Origin: the human T2T-CHM13v2.0 reference genome, Homo sapiens
Reading direction: 5' to 3' (one strand)
Length of the DNA: 64,000 nucleotides
Assembly: GCF_009914755.1 (NCBI RefSeq)
Contig: NC_060929.1
This document shows, one piece after another, positions 62,711 through 64,000 of the stretch. The translations under genes and the position numbers were made by a program. The notes below the pieces were generated by a model that searched no databases, had not been told where the DNA came from, and worked only from the letters and a program-made list of their open reading frames with translations. Numbering within the stretch: the first letter of the stretch is position 1; the number at the start of each line of letters is the position of its first letter.

Positions 62711-64000
62711 ATATTTTCTGCTCCTTGTTGTATTTAAAAAAAGAAATAAAATAAAACCTGGACTCTATGTGTGGAGGATACTCTACATATATGCCAAGAG
62801 TTGGGGGAAAAAGACAAAGCAGCCAAGTAGATCTGCTGGGTACTGGCAAGTAGAAAGAGAAATAACCCAGGTGACACAAACCACTGTCTTTACCCCAAAT
62901 GTCAGCTGGTTGGGCAGTGATCAAGCAGACAATGGATGTCTATTAAAACATAAGAGCCAACTAGAGAATATCTAGGCAATCTGAGTACTCATTATTTCCA
63001 ATACCATAGCAAACTATTATTTCTTCTTTTTCCCTTTTGTTTACCACTGACTGTGTGTTTTGAAAAGAAAGTAAATTTGAAAACTCAAGCCTTTTTACCA
63101 GAAAACTTGAGTACTACAGAGAGGAACAGTTTATATTATTGCAGCAGTCTAAAGTTACTCCTACATAGAGGATAAGTGGTTTCTGAAAAACTCAAGATCA
63201 ATTTAGACAGATGTAGAAACTAGATTTTTTTTGAGTACATTTGTTGGTAAATATTTTTACTTGACTATAGAAGAAACCTTTATACATTTTGATTACCTCA
63301 ACAGTACAGTGAATTTGAAAGTGTTGAGATATAGTTCAGATTATGAAATTTCTCATTTACTAGTTCAGTAATTTAGATGTATGAGTTAATTTATATTGAC
63401 ACATCTGCTATGTTAGCCATTGTTCAAAACTCTATATGAATTACATGTGAAAATGTTTAGCACATTGCAAATTAGAAAAATAAATTAATATTGCAAATTT
63501 CCTTATATTTTTCTTATTTTTTATCTTTTAATCTACCCTATTTGTCCTAGAAACATATATTTAATCCCAAGCTAATTTCTCTAACGTTTACTAACATGAG
63601 TCTATACCCATGTTATAAATTTAAAAATTATGTAAGAATGTATGTTTTAGAGTTGTGGAGACATAACTTAATTTGGGAACTTCCTTCACTTAACTTTCAT
63701 TCAGCCTGGTTTCACAACGTGTCTTTTGGGGGACCTACAAAATTATTAAACAATATACCACCTAACATTAAGTTTAATATTTTACTCATTCTTCTTTTTT
63801 CTATACTGTATCTTCCATTATGTTTAGTGTTCAAATATTTGAGGGAGTGGAATGAAATGAGTTGATATGAAACAATATATTAATAATAACAGGAAAGGGA
63901 ACCAGTGTATTATAACAAATTTAAGCAGACATTTAACATTTTTCAATAATAGTCTTTGATTCTAATGTTTTAAACCAAAATTATATTTTCTATAGTTAGC

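Overview
AT-rich primate genomic DNA, most likely human or great ape: it carries AluJ, AluS and AluY copies plus THE1D and MER85. It looks intergenic or deep-intronic. I find no credible host protein-coding exon, RNA gene or CRISPR array. The recognisable ORFs in the track are Alu read-through, decayed L1 ORF1/ORF2, THE1-internal or Tigger1 transposase fragments, or low-complexity artefacts. Much of the window is a nested fossil record of transposons: about 14 Alus, L1PA/PB/MA/MB/M fragments, L2 and MIR, MaLR LTRs, a complete two-LTR THE1D, a decayed ERV-L gag-pol, and DNA transposons (Tigger1, Tigger2a, MER44A, Charlie1, MER85). I see no evidence for a new biological system. The most interesting signals are mechanistic: (1) a 412-bp non-repeat insert with a 15-bp target-site duplication (TSD) and two A-tracts inside Tigger1, a candidate orphan retrocopy or transduction; (2) a piggyBac MER85 with its palindrome intact and asymmetric TTAA/CTAA flanks; (3) an internally deleted L1 flanked by a ~55-bp direct repeat; (4) a twin-primed (5'-inverted) L1; (5) several fold-back or templated micro-duplications. 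Subfamily names come from recalled consensus sequences, and boundaries of ancient elements are approximate; both need RepeatMasker/Dfam confirmation.
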